This document shows positions 50,701-59,925 of a stretch of 64,000 nt of DNA, in pieces. The notes below the pieces were generated by a model, which was not told the DNA's origin, made no database searches, and worked only from the letters and a program-made list of their open reading frames with translations. Origin of the DNA: Giardia intestinalis. Its lineage: Eukaryota. Numbering within the stretch: the stretch's first letter is position 1; every line of letters begins with the position of its first letter. The stretch is taken from the NCBI GenBank assembly GCA_000002435.2, contig CM018789.1. One strand, 5' to 3'. Position numbers and translations under genes: made by a program.

Positions 50701-52341
50701 GATATGAAATCCAGTATGGATGATCAACATTTCTTCTGGAACAGAAACTAGCCGTTCCTTACCAGACTGAAGGGCCAAGCTGTTGTCGGAGACGAAGGTT
50801 ATAGCCCTGATGACTTCGTTTTCACTCATTGATGTGCTTTTGGAAATCTGCCGGGTCTTGCCTTTGATAAGCTGGGTAACCACCCCATATCCCAGCTCTA
50901 TTTCAGGTCCCTGATTGATTTTGATAGACATAAACGTTGTTGGCCTGTCTATGGAGAGCAAGGCGGGAGTGGGGAGCACTGTTGCCAGTTGCTCTATATT
51001 CTCTTTGCTCTCCTTGAAAACACTGCTTATCTTTTCCAGTTTCAAGATATTCTGCGCGGATATTGTGTGCAGGGCGTTCAGGAGGGACTCAGGATCAAAT
51101 ATCTGAGTGCGCTCGAGCTTATTTAGGATGCGTTGAATCATCTCATTTATGTAGCTTGCAGGTTTTAGAGGATTAAGGTCCGCTGCATCAAGTCTAGTGT
51201 TGACATTATTGCTTTGCAGGGCGGTGAGGGACTCCTGCTGTTCTGCTCGTGGAATGTCGATGAGGGACCCATCATCCAACTTTGCAGATGCCTTGCACTC
51301 GTCGTCAGCGACTACAGTGCTGCTACGTGTGGTGGTGTCCGTTTTGGAGCTCTCCTTATAGTCGGTGTCACTATCAATGTCATCTACTGACTGGGGAGGG
51401 AGAGTGTCCCTAACCGAGGCGTGAGCAACCGGAGAGCTAGTCTCGTTGCCAAAGTAGACATTAAGCTGGTCACTAGATCCGTAGCCCTCCAGCTTAGCAA
51501 TAGCCTTGTATACCTGCAAGCTCTTTGTGTTTGAGCACTCGCATACCCGAAATTGCTTGTGGACGGTATCCCGGCCGGGAAAGATGGAAAACATGACGAT
51601 GTATGGACTATTGATGATTGCTGGCCAGTACCTAGTTTGCAGAATGTTGATTATGAAGGAGAAGAGCGTCTCGGATGTGAATTCGTTTTTCATCCCCTCG
51701 AGGCCAAGGGCGTAAGCGTCGTAGTCGAATTGAACTGCTTTGCAACGCCGTTCATTGACTAGCATGCAGGAGGACTTTTTAGAGAGAGGAGGCAATCTTT
51801 TCGAGTATGTAGTGTAGGATGACGTCGGGAGACAGTATCGCAGAATCATGTCTACAAGGACAAGGAAGTCGTAGTCCTGCTTGTAGCATGTAGTACAGTG
51901 GTATTGGAAGAGACTCAGCGCAGAAAGTGCGATGTTATTTTCAGGCATCACTAGCAGGTGCCGCATGGTGAAGTAGCCAACCATGATCTTGAGCTTATGG
52001 AGCGCGTAGATGCCCATTGTCGCAGAGTAGATGCAGATATGCAGAAGCTCCTGGTAGAGGCCCGATTCTAAGACCTCAAAGTCAATCACCGTCATCTCCG
52101 GCTTCTTGCATATCACTATAAACTCGTTGCCATAGACAAAGAAATCATAGACAGGCTGGACAAAGGGAGGCTGTGCATAGGCGAGAACTAGGGCTCGGAA
52201 GACAAGAAACTCTCGGTGGTCCCTCGAAATGATGGGGATCCGATACGCACAAAGGGGGACTGGACACGTTTGCGAGTATAGAGGGATCCACGTGTCATCT
52301 GTTGCACGCCTCTGGGAGAGAAAGTAGCAGTCAATGCACAT
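44716..52341 (-). CDS. giant hypothetical protein (2541 aa) with N-terminal degenerate protein-kinase-like domain and long alpha-helical body
   Basis: ATG confirmed. N-terminal about 200 aa arranged like a kinase hinge, alpha-E and catalytic loop (ALHKLKIMVGYFTMRHLLVMPENNIAL vs LH..IIHRDLKPENIL), but HRD and DFG are degenerate. The rest is helical repeats. Confidence 0.55.
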   Translation of the reverse strand: MCIDCYFLSQRRATDDTWIPLYSQTCPVPLCAYRIPIISRDHREFLVFRALVLAYAQPPFVQPVYDFFVYGNEFIVICKKPEMTVIDFEVLESGLYQELLHICIYSATMGIYALHKLKIMVGYFTMRHLLVMPENNIALSALSLFQYHCTTCYKQDYDFLVLVDMILRYCLPTSSYTTYSKRLPPLSKKSSCMLVNERRCKAVQFDYDAYALGLEGMKNEFTSETLFSFIINILQTRYWPAIINSPYIVMFSIFPGRDTVHKQFRVCECSNTKSLQVYKAIAKLEGYGSSDQLNVYFGNETSSPVAHASVRDTLPPQSVDDIDSDTDYKESSKTDTTTRSSTVVADDECKASAKLDDGSLIDIPRAEQQESLTALQSNNVNTRLDAADLNPLKPASYINEMIQRILNKLERTQIFDPESLLNALHTISAQNILKLEKISSVFKESKENIEQLATVLPTPALLSIDRPTTFMSIKINQGPEIELGYGVVTQLIKGKTRQISKSTSMSENEVIRAITFVSDNSLALQSGKERLVSVPEEMLIIHTGFHICIENGHKIRKRDTLRYHIENVAYAAPEAETRLEKIICTKEKHKRHRNDTTRMGTSMTMQSDRSEVIVVESAYDLFYESFTTKKKIQATYEPTEKLVLALQKNARAMTEEQKIELIMLLRLFGINLQMHFYLRRGVEFPHNAIPVVIPFNFEDLTVHPAVSNVAYLIGRIGFERWITFLEAFQTCIRDGTLMPAISLYWSFFYFSLFSLTNNVITAMSLLKFRDSILFDGIMDEPPADLLKKKDDLLRKRMEAIPTSSSTIYPQGAVMTSQKSHTFSETVTKEIRYNGIDPLLYSENIFITHFLLPQTEISFDRCVNLLSKIVSIFFMYVHQNPEMVSALSNLNGNLGESILFRSNDQDVLKCLRALMRYLGTYAFEVVQPTPASTDSLDVQKPFEMGTLQATLPSSTTMTVHCQTPAMISVLSAFISFVDASICTVYATARIKNLRIPSMKFPHVFNFRSVLDPTYLNTAEEAYSQASVYMVCLSINMLLLNTASQSSTLEYGVLLLSFTTVRNIFSPEAMLFLTTKMANPIPFYNYVPLYTDFVELQTLINSYQAAIFANDENNGEADYSQMAYGGVDIKREYKQRMITLFMQFQKPYCNCYPSIELCSNCVAENEFLRLECQSSISFFSDDFSFTFMVRLFYEAYLSLYKRLIPFLITTKDRDVLYVMRTIMVESRINPARFISLLDSPSELPRTDDGEVAGKDTGLLFGLSGVLGHITSNSVDTSIEVEVKKYYQAHTQYNAASPRKDASVAVHGRSIIGNKAPMLPGIGRPAGVGTISQIKGPDRADEQISVDKVSQNDTYLTILIRCLLRYYTNINLFQPTMVHALISLITPETYDRLQQTKIFHPEILIYVAFSIMLRASKQALAERDSEKIDKADFGLLTIKSKKDAQQVDGHSDDSVNFVIGVKDEDEDIENNLVDTVLYLDAKEEANSLTIVSTCMQLLNVLLGIYLALVKNKISLLIDSQGYKLNQQKDLFSTKPPNEILTVLFDRVMSPDILCSTLPGHMLESIEILAGAHSFSIYNAAWGTIPMSRNNVGTIDYLLHFLELLMKLYQTEYDALSLINSIQCEHFNITKFAIDDLERKKLFQRHQYQTQPTQSQILTMSQSLTTTGESLANSQNTAAISNIKDKEKKEPSVKQLPSEPHEASLLSQISVDKIFTEPISEGHEHITTKSCLVFEETEAVSDFIESTSQTIKESTSQPASVTLLNKEFRSVTNLCGAKLIDSYEYEAANTLLHEGATSGSFFRTTKSETALQVADSAAPHASPSNARINLQLDKLGKDNSTPSDALSCQLVPLETFLEKGLVIILHATSTTAHYAFGVDGILSLVSLLRHIRIPQFMKVLYRILDPKYVKFVWRLRGIDFATQMFVWALTALRECCRPTMKITRGDLNIQTPRDIPYPSFLQIKDSVIYGSIELKSEAREVSLMLLAEMSLCTDFWKEVVNVNFLQIVDRICGNCLYFYDYFNEKLTAQKEEISVLTDEEFSRGLKLSELTDISTLLWNALQRGSINPEMVPLLRVYKQMLAHRDNVTTEYGDSISRILIRSLYPLKPLCKNYGYKIITELGNLLGECLIIDSSELRMLIIDVLYAGIAGIYLKVKDHLHTRLDEELGEGAQEMPPPEEGPVDSTSLYLSRITGNVQKDLSRMISGDYTHNLPDIFTSTESVMFDIGSSVNQSASFTTPIGSSLAASGAMGMSVSLMGSLNPATSSFGRPGMIRGSQLSATMRGSAAAQERPRVLRGPTIGSGAPVALAPVPSAPSIAELIIAPSSDNLAKSLSSAGSHEATEAMAKQDQLLPQPPVLNLPPVSLPKKEKERGRNKGKKEQKETQDQKTAESIEEEIMQDAHRGLIMTEDLSQMIAAIEKSLNGFLANFTHIMRLSDTAALAATCNTLNFMYLLHLDILMFTKYNLPVLLIECMRTKPLEIKKIIIDLLRRLFLNNEVRKVFADINSVKYLRQAINMHSDIEFRNAVSDVITMIKGKAESSKKGD

Positions 52342-52400
52342 AGCGTGGTGACGTCAGGAGGATAGAGGACGTCTGTTTACTTTATTGAATTGATCATGGA

Positions 52401-53378
52401 CTAAAGCCGCACACGCTTTGCGAACTCTGTAGGCCCGTCATCGTCATCCGTGTCTTCCCTGTGGGCTAGGGCTGCTGCTATGTAAGCACTCTGCCGCTCC
52501 TGCTTCACCTTATCCTGACCTCGCCTCTTGTCCTTGACGTCGTGCTCGTCGTCATCGTCATCCCCGTAGTCTTCATCATCGGTACTACGATCAATAGCAA
52601 ACGTGTCATGACGGACCTCGTAGACGATCTTCTTCCAGCGATTGACGATCTGAGCAGCCTGCTCACTGAGTTGCGCGCTTCCCGACAGCTCTGAAGGATA
52701 CTTTGCCACAAAATTGACCCACCGTCCTATCTTAGAATCTCTGAAGCACGAGCTTGAAGAGTTGATACACTTACCGATGTCCCTGTCGCTAATGGACCCG
52801 ATGATATTCATTAGGACGTGCGTGCTCGCTATTGGAGGGAACGGAGGTGTATCTCGAATATCCTTCAGATTCTCTACATTGATGAATGACGAGAAGAGCA
52901 GGAATCCACAGGGTCGGAGGAAAGTCACTCGGTTGGGATGGTCGGTTATCAGCTTCATGATCTCGTCGCGCATGGCCTCCAAGGCCATCCCGTTTGGATA
53001 TGTCGACTCGCTCTTGAATCGGCGAAAGAAAGAATACTCTGTGTTCCGAAGCGCCTCTGCACTATCAGAAGCGATGGACGTCTTCTGTCTTATGCACATG
53101 TCTGCATACTTTTCCCACAGCTTCTCTACACCGACCTCTGGAGTTGTGATATCTTTTAGATACGCGACGAGGAAGAGACTGATTAACCGGAGGCTGAACC
53201 ATAGAGTCACGCTGGCCATTTTCTCTTTGAATTCTTTGGGCCTCAGCCTCTTCTCCCGCTTCTGTTCCATAGTTGCGTTCTTTATCTTTATCGGCCCGAG
53301 GATGTCCTCGTCGTACTCGACGGCAAGGACCCTAGTAGTCACAAAGCCTTCGTCAGAGTCAGACATGGAGCTCGACAT
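52401..53378 (-). CDS. hypothetical acidic protein (~325 aa)
   Basis: The ORF-track start is TTG; the first ATG (MSSSMSDSDE) is preceded by 'gaaaaataaaATG'. Asp/Glu-rich C-terminus. The start coordinate is uncertain by 1 nt, because my reading of a G-run near 53400 disagreed with the ORF track by one base. Confidence 0.5.
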   Translation of the reverse strand: MSSSMSDSDEGFVTTRVLAVEYDEDILGPIKIKNATMEQKREKRLRPKEFKEKMASVTLWFSLRLISLFLVAYLKDITTPEVGVEKLWEKYADMCIRQKTSIASDSAEALRNTEYSFFRRFKSESTYPNGMALEAMRDEIMKLITDHPNRVTFLRPCGFLLFSSFINVENLKDIRDTPPFPPIASTHVLMNIIGSISDRDIGKCINSSSSCFRDSKIGRWVNFVAKYPSELSGSAQLSEQAAQIVNRWKKIVYEVRHDTFAIDRSTDDEDYGDDDDDEHDVKDKRRGQDKVKQERQSAYIAAALAHREDTDDDDGPTEFAKRVRL

Positions 53379-53510
53379 TTTATTTTTCACAAGGCTGCGG
53401 GGACGGGGTAGAAGTAGCAAGGATTGCCAAGATCGTGCGGTCTATATACGGATCTCCTCGGAGAAGGCGTAAGAAAGTGCAATTATCACAATTGATTTTG
53501 CAAGTCATAA

Positions 53511-53759
53511 TCAATCTTTACCCGTGTCCTTGTCTGCGATCTCCGCAATGTTAACGAGTAGCTCGTAGAGCTGCCGGAAGCTTTCACGGCGCATGGCATC
53601 TGCCAGGGCAGCCTCTCGTTGGCGGTCTCCAGGCCGACTAAGGATACCCTCTATAGTTGCCCGAACCTCAGGATGGGAGACCAGATCCCTCACTCTCTTG
53701 CTTTGGCGCAGCTTGGCGCGATGGACATCTGTCAAGCGGGGCTCCTCGATGCTATTCAT
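53511..53759 (-). CDS. small hypothetical protein (82 aa, basic/coiled)
   Basis: Internal ATG of the 164-aa track ORF; the upstream part of that ORF overlaps the ClpB start and is discounted. A/T-rich sequence lies immediately upstream. Confidence 0.35.
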   Translation of the reverse strand: MNSIEEPRLTDVHRAKLRQSKRVRDLVSHPEVRATIEGILSRPGDRQREAALADAMRRESFRQLYELLVNIAEIADKDTGKD

Positions 53760-53849
53760 CCTGATTTTGATTAATTGAGGATCTATGCGAACATTCATTG
53801 ATTTACAATCGTTACTAATCAATTGATTAGTCTTATCTGCAAAATAAAA

Positions 53850-56498
53850 ATGCCAGCAGACAAGAAGTACACAAACGACTTGCAGAAAGTCATGACTGAA
53901 AGCATCCGAGTCAGCCAGCGCCACGGGCACAGCCTTGTCAATCAGTATCACATTGCTGCCGCTCTCTTCGCCGACGACGACTCTATATCGTCGAAGGCAG
54001 TGCAAAAGTGTTCAGGGGATGTCTCTGCAATTCGACGAGCCATCGAGACTGGTCTAAAGAAGACGCCCTCTGTCACTCCGGTCCCCGACACCCCGTCCCC
54101 TGCAGGAGGATATCTGGGGATAATCAATAAGATGAGCGCATACGCAGAAGAGGGACGCGATGAGTATCTTTCGACGTTTCACCTTGCAAAGGCCGCGGCA
54201 CAGGACACCGATCTCGCCCGCTGTCTTCGCGAGGGCCGTGTGACATCCAACCGGTTCGTGGAGGAGATTGAGAAGATGAAGAAAGGACGCTCCATGAATT
54301 CGGAGTTCGCAGAGGATACGTGTGAAGCTCTCGAGAAATACTGCGTGGAGATGGTTGCTAAGGCTGAGGAAGGCAAGTATGACCCGCTCATTGCCCGCGA
54401 TAATGAGCTTCGGCGCATCGTCGAGATTCTAAGTAGGAGGACAAAGAACAACCCCGTGTTAACAGGCCCTGCTGGCGTGGGAAAGACGGCTATCCTCGAA
54501 GGCCTTGCTCAACGTATTGTTCGCGCAGATGTTCCGCAGAACATCAGAAACGCTCGCATATATGCTCTTGATCTAGGGGCGCTTATTGCAGGGGCGCAGT
54601 ATCGTGGGCAATTCGAGGAGCGCCTTAAGGCTATTTTAGACGAGCTCAAGAAGTCAGAAGGAAACTCCATCCTCTTCATCGATGAGATCCACACGCTGAT
54701 TGGAGCGGGTGGTTCTAAGGGGACCTCTGATGCGGCAAACCTACTGAAGCCTGCACTTGCCCGCGGAGAGATACGATGCATCGGGGCAACAACTACTGAA
54801 GAGTACAGGAACCACATTGCAAGCGACCGTGCCTTTGAGCGTCGGTTTGCTGAAGTCTTCGTCGCCGAGCCCAACGTGGAAGATACAATTTCCATCTTGC
54901 GGGGCCTTTCAGGGCGATACCAATCTCACCACCAAATCCGAATCACGGACGGGGCACTTGTGGCTGCTGCCCAACTTGCTAACAGATATGTGCGAGCCAT
55001 GGGGCGTCACAACCCAGACGCAGCAATAGATCTTCTGGATGAGGCGGGCGCATCTGTACGTGTGACTCTGGATTCGCAGCCGGCACAGCTTGATGCCCTC
55101 AATAGAAAGAAGCTACGCCTCCAAATCGAGGAGGAGGCGCTTCGGCGTGAAAGCGAGGCACGCAACGCAGACTCCAGCATATCAAAGCGTCTTGCCGATA
55201 TAATAAAGGAGATTTCCAATATCGACATGCAAATTAAGCCATTGGAGGAGCAGTACAACAGAGAGCGCTCCAGCATAGATAAGATCAGCAACATCAAGGC
55301 TCGGATTACTGCCCTTGAAGACAAGCTTGAGGTCTACACAACCCGCGGAGAAGTCTCGAAAGCAGCAGATCTACAGTACGGGGCCATTCCTGAGTTACGT
55401 GATGAGCTTCGGCGTCTCGAGAAGGAGCAGGAGGCCGCAAGCTATGCACACCACGACGAGAAGGCGATGCTCTCGGCTGTCGTCACAGAGATGGAGGTTG
55501 CGAATGTCGTTTCCAAGTGGACTGGGATTCCAGTCAACAAGCTGACGCGCACAGACCGCGAGAAGCTTTTGAGCCTTGAGCAGACGATCTCATCGAAGGT
55601 GATCGGCCAGGAACCTGCAGTGAAGGCTGTCTGTAGCTCTATTCTACGTGCTCGTGCAGGGCTTTCGCGTCCCACGCAACCTTTGGGGAGCTTCTTGTTT
55701 TTGGGCTCCTCCGGTGTAGGGAAAACGTACCTTGCAAAGACCATCGCAGAAGAGTTATATGACTCTGTAGACTCGATGATCCACATAGATATGTCTGAGT
55801 ATACGGAGCAACACAGCGTTAGTCGGCTGATAGGTGCACCTCCAGGATATGTCGGCTACGAGCAAGCGGGGCAGCTGACAGAGGCGGTGAGTCGCAAGAG
55901 GTATGCAGTTGTTCTCTTTGACGAGATAGAAAAGGCCCATCCGAAGATACTTACGATTCTCTTACAGATTCTTGACGAGGGCCGGCTAACAGATGGAAAG
56001 GGGAACTGCGTGGACTTCACAAATACGGTAATCATGTTGACGAGTAACCTAGGTAGCCGTGAGCTCCTACAGTGCTACCACAGCAATGTCTCTGCCAGCC
56101 AAGCAAAGCAGGCAAAGGAACACGTCATTGGAGTTGTTCGAAGCACGCTGCCTCCAGAGCTCATCAACCGCCTCGATGATCTCATAGTCTTCAACCCGCT
56201 TACAAAAGATGCCCTTGTTAAGATCTTTCGCAGTCTTTGCGGGCAGCTTGAAGAGCGTCTTCAACATGAATCAGGGCTTCGCCTCCGAGTGGACGATGCT
56301 GTGGCCGACATTGCTCTCCGCGACAGCGATATGGTCTATGGAGCCCGGCCTCTGAGGCGCTTTATCGAGAGAGAGATTACCACCGCAGTCGCCCGAAAGT
56401 TGATCGAGGTCCCGTCAGATGCTCGTTCCAATCGCGAAAAGCGTCGCTGTGTGCACGTTTCTGCCAAGGATGACGGGATATTTGTGACCATCGTCTAG
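53850..56498 (+). CDS. ClpB/Hsp104-type AAA+ disaggregase
   Basis: Two AAA+ modules (NBD1 Walker A LTGPAGVGKTAI; NBD2 Walker A FLGSSGVGKTYLAK), Clp N-domain and coiled-coil middle domain. The ORF-track start is TTG; the ATG is at 53850 ('caaaataaaaATG'). Confidence 0.9.
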   Translation: MPADKKYTNDLQKVMTESIRVSQRHGHSLVNQYHIAAALFADDDSISSKAVQKCSGDVSAIRRAIETGLKKTPSVTPVPDTPSPAGGYLGIINKMSAYAEEGRDEYLSTFHLAKAAAQDTDLARCLREGRVTSNRFVEEIEKMKKGRSMNSEFAEDTCEALEKYCVEMVAKAEEGKYDPLIARDNELRRIVEILSRRTKNNPVLTGPAGVGKTAILEGLAQRIVRADVPQNIRNARIYALDLGALIAGAQYRGQFEERLKAILDELKKSEGNSILFIDEIHTLIGAGGSKGTSDAANLLKPALARGEIRCIGATTTEEYRNHIASDRAFERRFAEVFVAEPNVEDTISILRGLSGRYQSHHQIRITDGALVAAAQLANRYVRAMGRHNPDAAIDLLDEAGASVRVTLDSQPAQLDALNRKKLRLQIEEEALRRESEARNADSSISKRLADIIKEISNIDMQIKPLEEQYNRERSSIDKISNIKARITALEDKLEVYTTRGEVSKAADLQYGAIPELRDELRRLEKEQEAASYAHHDEKAMLSAVVTEMEVANVVSKWTGIPVNKLTRTDREKLLSLEQTISSKVIGQEPAVKAVCSSILRARAGLSRPTQPLGSFLFLGSSGVGKTYLAKTIAEELYDSVDSMIHIDMSEYTEQHSVSRLIGAPPGYVGYEQAGQLTEAVSRKRYAVVLFDEIEKAHPKILTILLQILDEGRLTDGKGNCVDFTNTVIMLTSNLGSRELLQCYHSNVSASQAKQAKEHVIGVVRSTLPPELINRLDDLIVFNPLTKDALVKIFRSLCGQLEERLQHESGLRLRVDDAVADIALRDSDMVYGARPLRRFIEREITTAVARKLIEVPSDARSNREKRRCVHVSAKDDGIFVTIV

Positions 56499-56509
56499 TA
56501 AATTAAAAA

Positions 56510-58039
56510 ATGGATCCGGAACGCTATCGCGACGTTACTCTCCTTGGCCAGGGGGCGTTCGGGAGTGTTCACCGGGCGACCAGGGTGCAGGACAATGTGG
56601 TCGTTGCTGTGAAGGAGATTGACCTCAACCGAGTGTCTGCGGAGTTTCATAGCACCTTTGAGCGGGAATACCAGATTGGCAAAAGCCTGATTCACAAGAA
56701 CATCCTTCGCTACCTTGCGTTGCACCAGAGAGGCGATAACGTGCTTCTTATCGAGATGGAGCTGTGTCCGGACGGCTCTCTCGACGATATGATTAAAGAG
56801 GCATCACGAGGGAACGAACTGGTAGCCGAGGATACAATCTGGGAAACAGTTGTCCAACTTTGCGATGGACTCGAGTACCTCCATGATAACTCTAATAAGT
56901 CGTGTGGCAAGATCATCCATCGGGATCTTAAGCCGGACAATATAATGTACTCGGGCGCAACTCTGAAGATCGGTGATCTGGGCTTGGCGCGCATGATTGA
57001 GAAGAATTCGAAGATGACGGTGTACGTCGGCACTCCGCAGTACATGGCGCCAGAGGTAGCCCGCGGACTGGAGTATGACACCTTCGCAGATATCTGGTCC
57101 GTTGGGTGCATTATATATGAGATGTGTTGTCTCCGGCGTCCGCCGTGGGACGCAAAGACCCTTGAAGGCGATCCGTCTGTCGACATTCCAGAGGAATACT
57201 CAAACGATCTCAAGGAGCTGATTAGAAACTGCCTTCGGTTTACTCCATCTTCCCGCATTGGACTAGCGTCCATCAGTACCAATGGACGAGTGCATAGGGC
57301 GCGCGATCGTATAAACAAAAAGACCGACGACTTTCTCGTTGCCGTGCGAGAGAAGAACGTCAAGCACATAAATGGGAACATTGATGTTCTGCAGCTGTGT
57401 GCCAAAGAGGCGGTCGAAATTGCCAGGAGGGATAAGCTGTTTGATGTAATGCAGATCTTGGTCCCACAGCTGTACCAAAAGAATATTCTCATCACTCTGG
57501 ATCCAATCGAGACGACGCAGACAGACAAGCCCACCGCACTAATGACTATGGTTCAGAACAACAAGTGGAAGGCGCCGAAGGCGCAGGAATACAAGGCAAG
57601 CCTTCAAAAGAACTACTCTGTATTGCTTACACTTGAGGACGACAATCCTGGCACTCCACGTTATGTCCTGGGCACAACAGCACTTATGGTTGCAGCGCAT
57701 TACAACAACGTGGAAGCAGTGAAGAATCTTCTAGCAGAGGTCGGGGCACGTGACAGTCAGGGCTTTACAGCCCTAATGTACGCGGCGCGCAGGGGCCACA
57801 CGCAGGCTGTTTCTCTTTTGCTGATCGAGGCCGGAGCCACGAATAACTTTGGACACACAGCCCTGATGCTCGCTGCTTGGCACGGCCACAAAGACTGCGT
57901 CAAGGTTCTCTATGAACTGGAGGAGGGTATCAGTGATCACAATGGCTATAAGGTCATTAGTTACGCTGAAAATCCAATGCCATCCATCCCGTCTGAAGTG
58001 CAGAAGGACATAGTCGAGATTATTTCTAGTCACAAGTAA
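56510..58039 (+). CDS. NEK-family serine/threonine kinase with C-terminal ankyrin repeats (catalytic residues intact)
   Basis: GQGAFGSV, VAVKEI, IIHRDLKPDNIM, GDLGLAR, GTPQYMAPE. Followed by TALMVAAHYNN/TALMYAARRGH ANK repeats. ATG is 11 bp after the ClpB stop. Confidence 0.85.
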   Translation: MDPERYRDVTLLGQGAFGSVHRATRVQDNVVVAVKEIDLNRVSAEFHSTFEREYQIGKSLIHKNILRYLALHQRGDNVLLIEMELCPDGSLDDMIKEASRGNELVAEDTIWETVVQLCDGLEYLHDNSNKSCGKIIHRDLKPDNIMYSGATLKIGDLGLARMIEKNSKMTVYVGTPQYMAPEVARGLEYDTFADIWSVGCIIYEMCCLRRPPWDAKTLEGDPSVDIPEEYSNDLKELIRNCLRFTPSSRIGLASISTNGRVHRARDRINKKTDDFLVAVREKNVKHINGNIDVLQLCAKEAVEIARRDKLFDVMQILVPQLYQKNILITLDPIETTQTDKPTALMTMVQNNKWKAPKAQEYKASLQKNYSVLLTLEDDNPGTPRYVLGTTALMVAAHYNNVEAVKNLLAEVGARDSQGFTALMYAARRGHTQAVSLLLIEAGATNNFGHTALMLAAWHGHKDCVKVLYELEEGISDHNGYKVISYAENPMPSIPSEVQKDIVEIISSHK

Positions 58040-58059
58040 CATTTACAAAACACGACCAA

Positions 58060-59925
58060 TCATCTGCGTCGCCTTCCCTTTGTGTGAATTCGTGAAACAG
58101 CAGAGACCTCCGTTCTATCTGTGACTGCTCCCTGATGGGTGGCCTTTCCTTTCTGAGCTTTTCCGTGGGCGTTTCGCATGGCCCGCGGCTGCCACTTCTC
58201 CGGTAGCGGCTTAGGCTCTCGCTTGCGAACAGGTAGGTCTGGCAAGTACGCGTTATTATATTCATTACTATATGCTTCTAGGGAAAGCTCTTTTCCCTGC
58301 TGCTCGTAATCGCTGGTACGCGCTTCATTGTGCCGAACTAGCCTGAGAAAGGCCTCACGCTGAAGAACGCGAAGACAGTCTAAGATCTCATCAGCCCCCT
58401 CTGCACATTTGCCGGCTTCTTGATTGCTCGCAGTGTATGCTTGTAAGGTGCTAGTCATGACGTCATACGCAACCCGAAGAAATCCCAGTTCGAGCAGTGC
58501 ATTACAAAGGCCAGACGCTGAGCCCTTGTTGAACAGCAGCGAGTGATCGAATGCCGGCAAACTGGAGGCACCGCTTGTGTCCCTGAACCGCCGCCGGATG
58601 GACACCCGTTGCTGCCTCGTCGACTCTTCACCGGTATAAGGGAGAATGGCTGACCGAGCGATCCACAAGAGCAGCCAGGTCGCAAAGGCAAAGTGTCCAC
58701 CGGGCCCCTCTGTCAGGCGATCGAGGTAGGCAGGCTTGTCCTCTGTCTCCTGTGGGGGCCTGAGAGTTGCATGCTCCGAGGACAAGTGTAATACTGCATA
58801 GAGGAAGTCGGTGAACTCGGAAGTATTGGGCTCTTCGTCAATATACGCCTCCCGCACGTAGACAAGGTGCTTGTGAAGAGCTGCATGGCCGGTCAGGAGG
58901 TGGGATACTTGCGTGTCTGTAGAGGCTACTGGCCTGGATTGCTTATTATTGCGTCTCCGTTGGCCTTCAGATGTGTTTGGAGTCTCGTGCAGGGACTGAT
59001 TCTGTTGACGGGCCCCAAAGTTCAGATCCCGCACGATGATCATGCTCTTGTAAGCCATACGAAGGCCGGTGTAGGGGTCCTTTGGGTCTATGAACGGTAT
59101 GCCATAAGACTCCGCCAGTCCAATCTCCTTCTTCGACGGATGAAAGTCTTTGAGAGGTTTGATTCTGCGGAGCAAGGGCAAGAGCTCCGTGTCCTGGAGA
59201 TCGTGGCCTGCGTATATTCTGGCAAAACACTTGAGTAAGCCAACACGGCACCGAGTGGCGTCGAGAATAGACTCGGCATGGGACTGCTGCTCTCCTAGAG
59301 CCTCTACAAGCGTGCACTTTACACGAGCCACGTGCCGCTCCAGTGAATCCGCCGCTTTGTTTGCTGCAGCCAAGGCCTCCTCAAAGGAAAGTCTGGAGAG
59401 ATGGTAGAGTGCACGGTTGTAGTTAAACTGATAAAGGCGTTTGTAGTCACTGTTAGACTCCAATGCGGCACAAGTGGTTCGCTCGGCTTCCTGAAGGCTC
59501 GAGGGGTCTAGAGCCACTGTGCACTGAGAAGCCGCAGCATAGAGGTCAAGTGGGCTGCCCAAGGCGTGAGATAGATCCTCGGATCCGCGCCTGAAGAGCT
59601 TCATATTCAAGCAAATCTGACCCTTAAGAGCGCTGTAGGCCGGAAGCTGACCTGGGTGTTCAAGAAACCACGAAGCGTCTCTTCCTTCCACAAAGTCAAG
59701 ATAGGCTCTTTCGAAGGGTAACGCGCGTGCTATGTTCGGTTGCAATTTCACAAATGCTGCGAGCTGCTGAATGTCTCTATCCTTGATTGCACAGTAGCAG
59801 ACGGCCCGTCCGGCGCGATACTTCAGTTCCCCACCAACAAGGTCCCAGGCTATCGCGCGAGCACGTGAAGTGTCGCTTGCCTCGAGCGCTGCGATAACAT
59901 CTTGCATACTATTTTTTATCGCCAT
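58060..59925 (-). CDS. signal recognition particle subunit SRP72-like (TPR protein)
   Basis: The ORF-track start is GTG; the first ATG is at 59925. C-terminal LPDLPVRKREPKPLPEKWQPRAMRNAHGKAQKGK resembles the SRP72 LPKNYDP...PDPERWLP.RER...KKGKK RNA-binding tail. The body is TPR-like. Confidence 0.5.
   Translation of the reverse strand: MAIKNSMQDVIAALEASDTSRARAIAWDLVGGELKYRAGRAVCYCAIKDRDIQQLAAFVKLQPNIARALPFERAYLDFVEGRDASWFLEHPGQLPAYSALKGQICLNMKLFRRGSEDLSHALGSPLDLYAAASQCTVALDPSSLQEAERTTCAALESNSDYKRLYQFNYNRALYHLSRLSFEEALAAANKAADSLERHVARVKCTLVEALGEQQSHAESILDATRCRVGLLKCFARIYAGHDLQDTELLPLLRRIKPLKDFHPSKKEIGLAESYGIPFIDPKDPYTGLRMAYKSMIIVRDLNFGARQQNQSLHETPNTSEGQRRRNNKQSRPVASTDTQVSHLLTGHAALHKHLVYVREAYIDEEPNTSEFTDFLYAVLHLSSEHATLRPPQETEDKPAYLDRLTEGPGGHFAFATWLLLWIARSAILPYTGEESTRQQRVSIRRRFRDTSGASSLPAFDHSLLFNKGSASGLCNALLELGFLRVAYDVMTSTLQAYTASNQEAGKCAEGADEILDCLRVLQREAFLRLVRHNEARTSDYEQQGKELSLEAYSNEYNNAYLPDLPVRKREPKPLPEKWQPRAMRNAHGKAQKGKATHQGAVTDRTEVSAVSRIHTKGRRRR

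Noticed and set aside
53760..54005. N-terminal half of the 164-aa minus-strand ORF 53511..54005
   Set aside because: It overlaps the ClpB/Hsp104 start codon and promoter. Only the portion downstream of the internal ATG (53759) is plausible.
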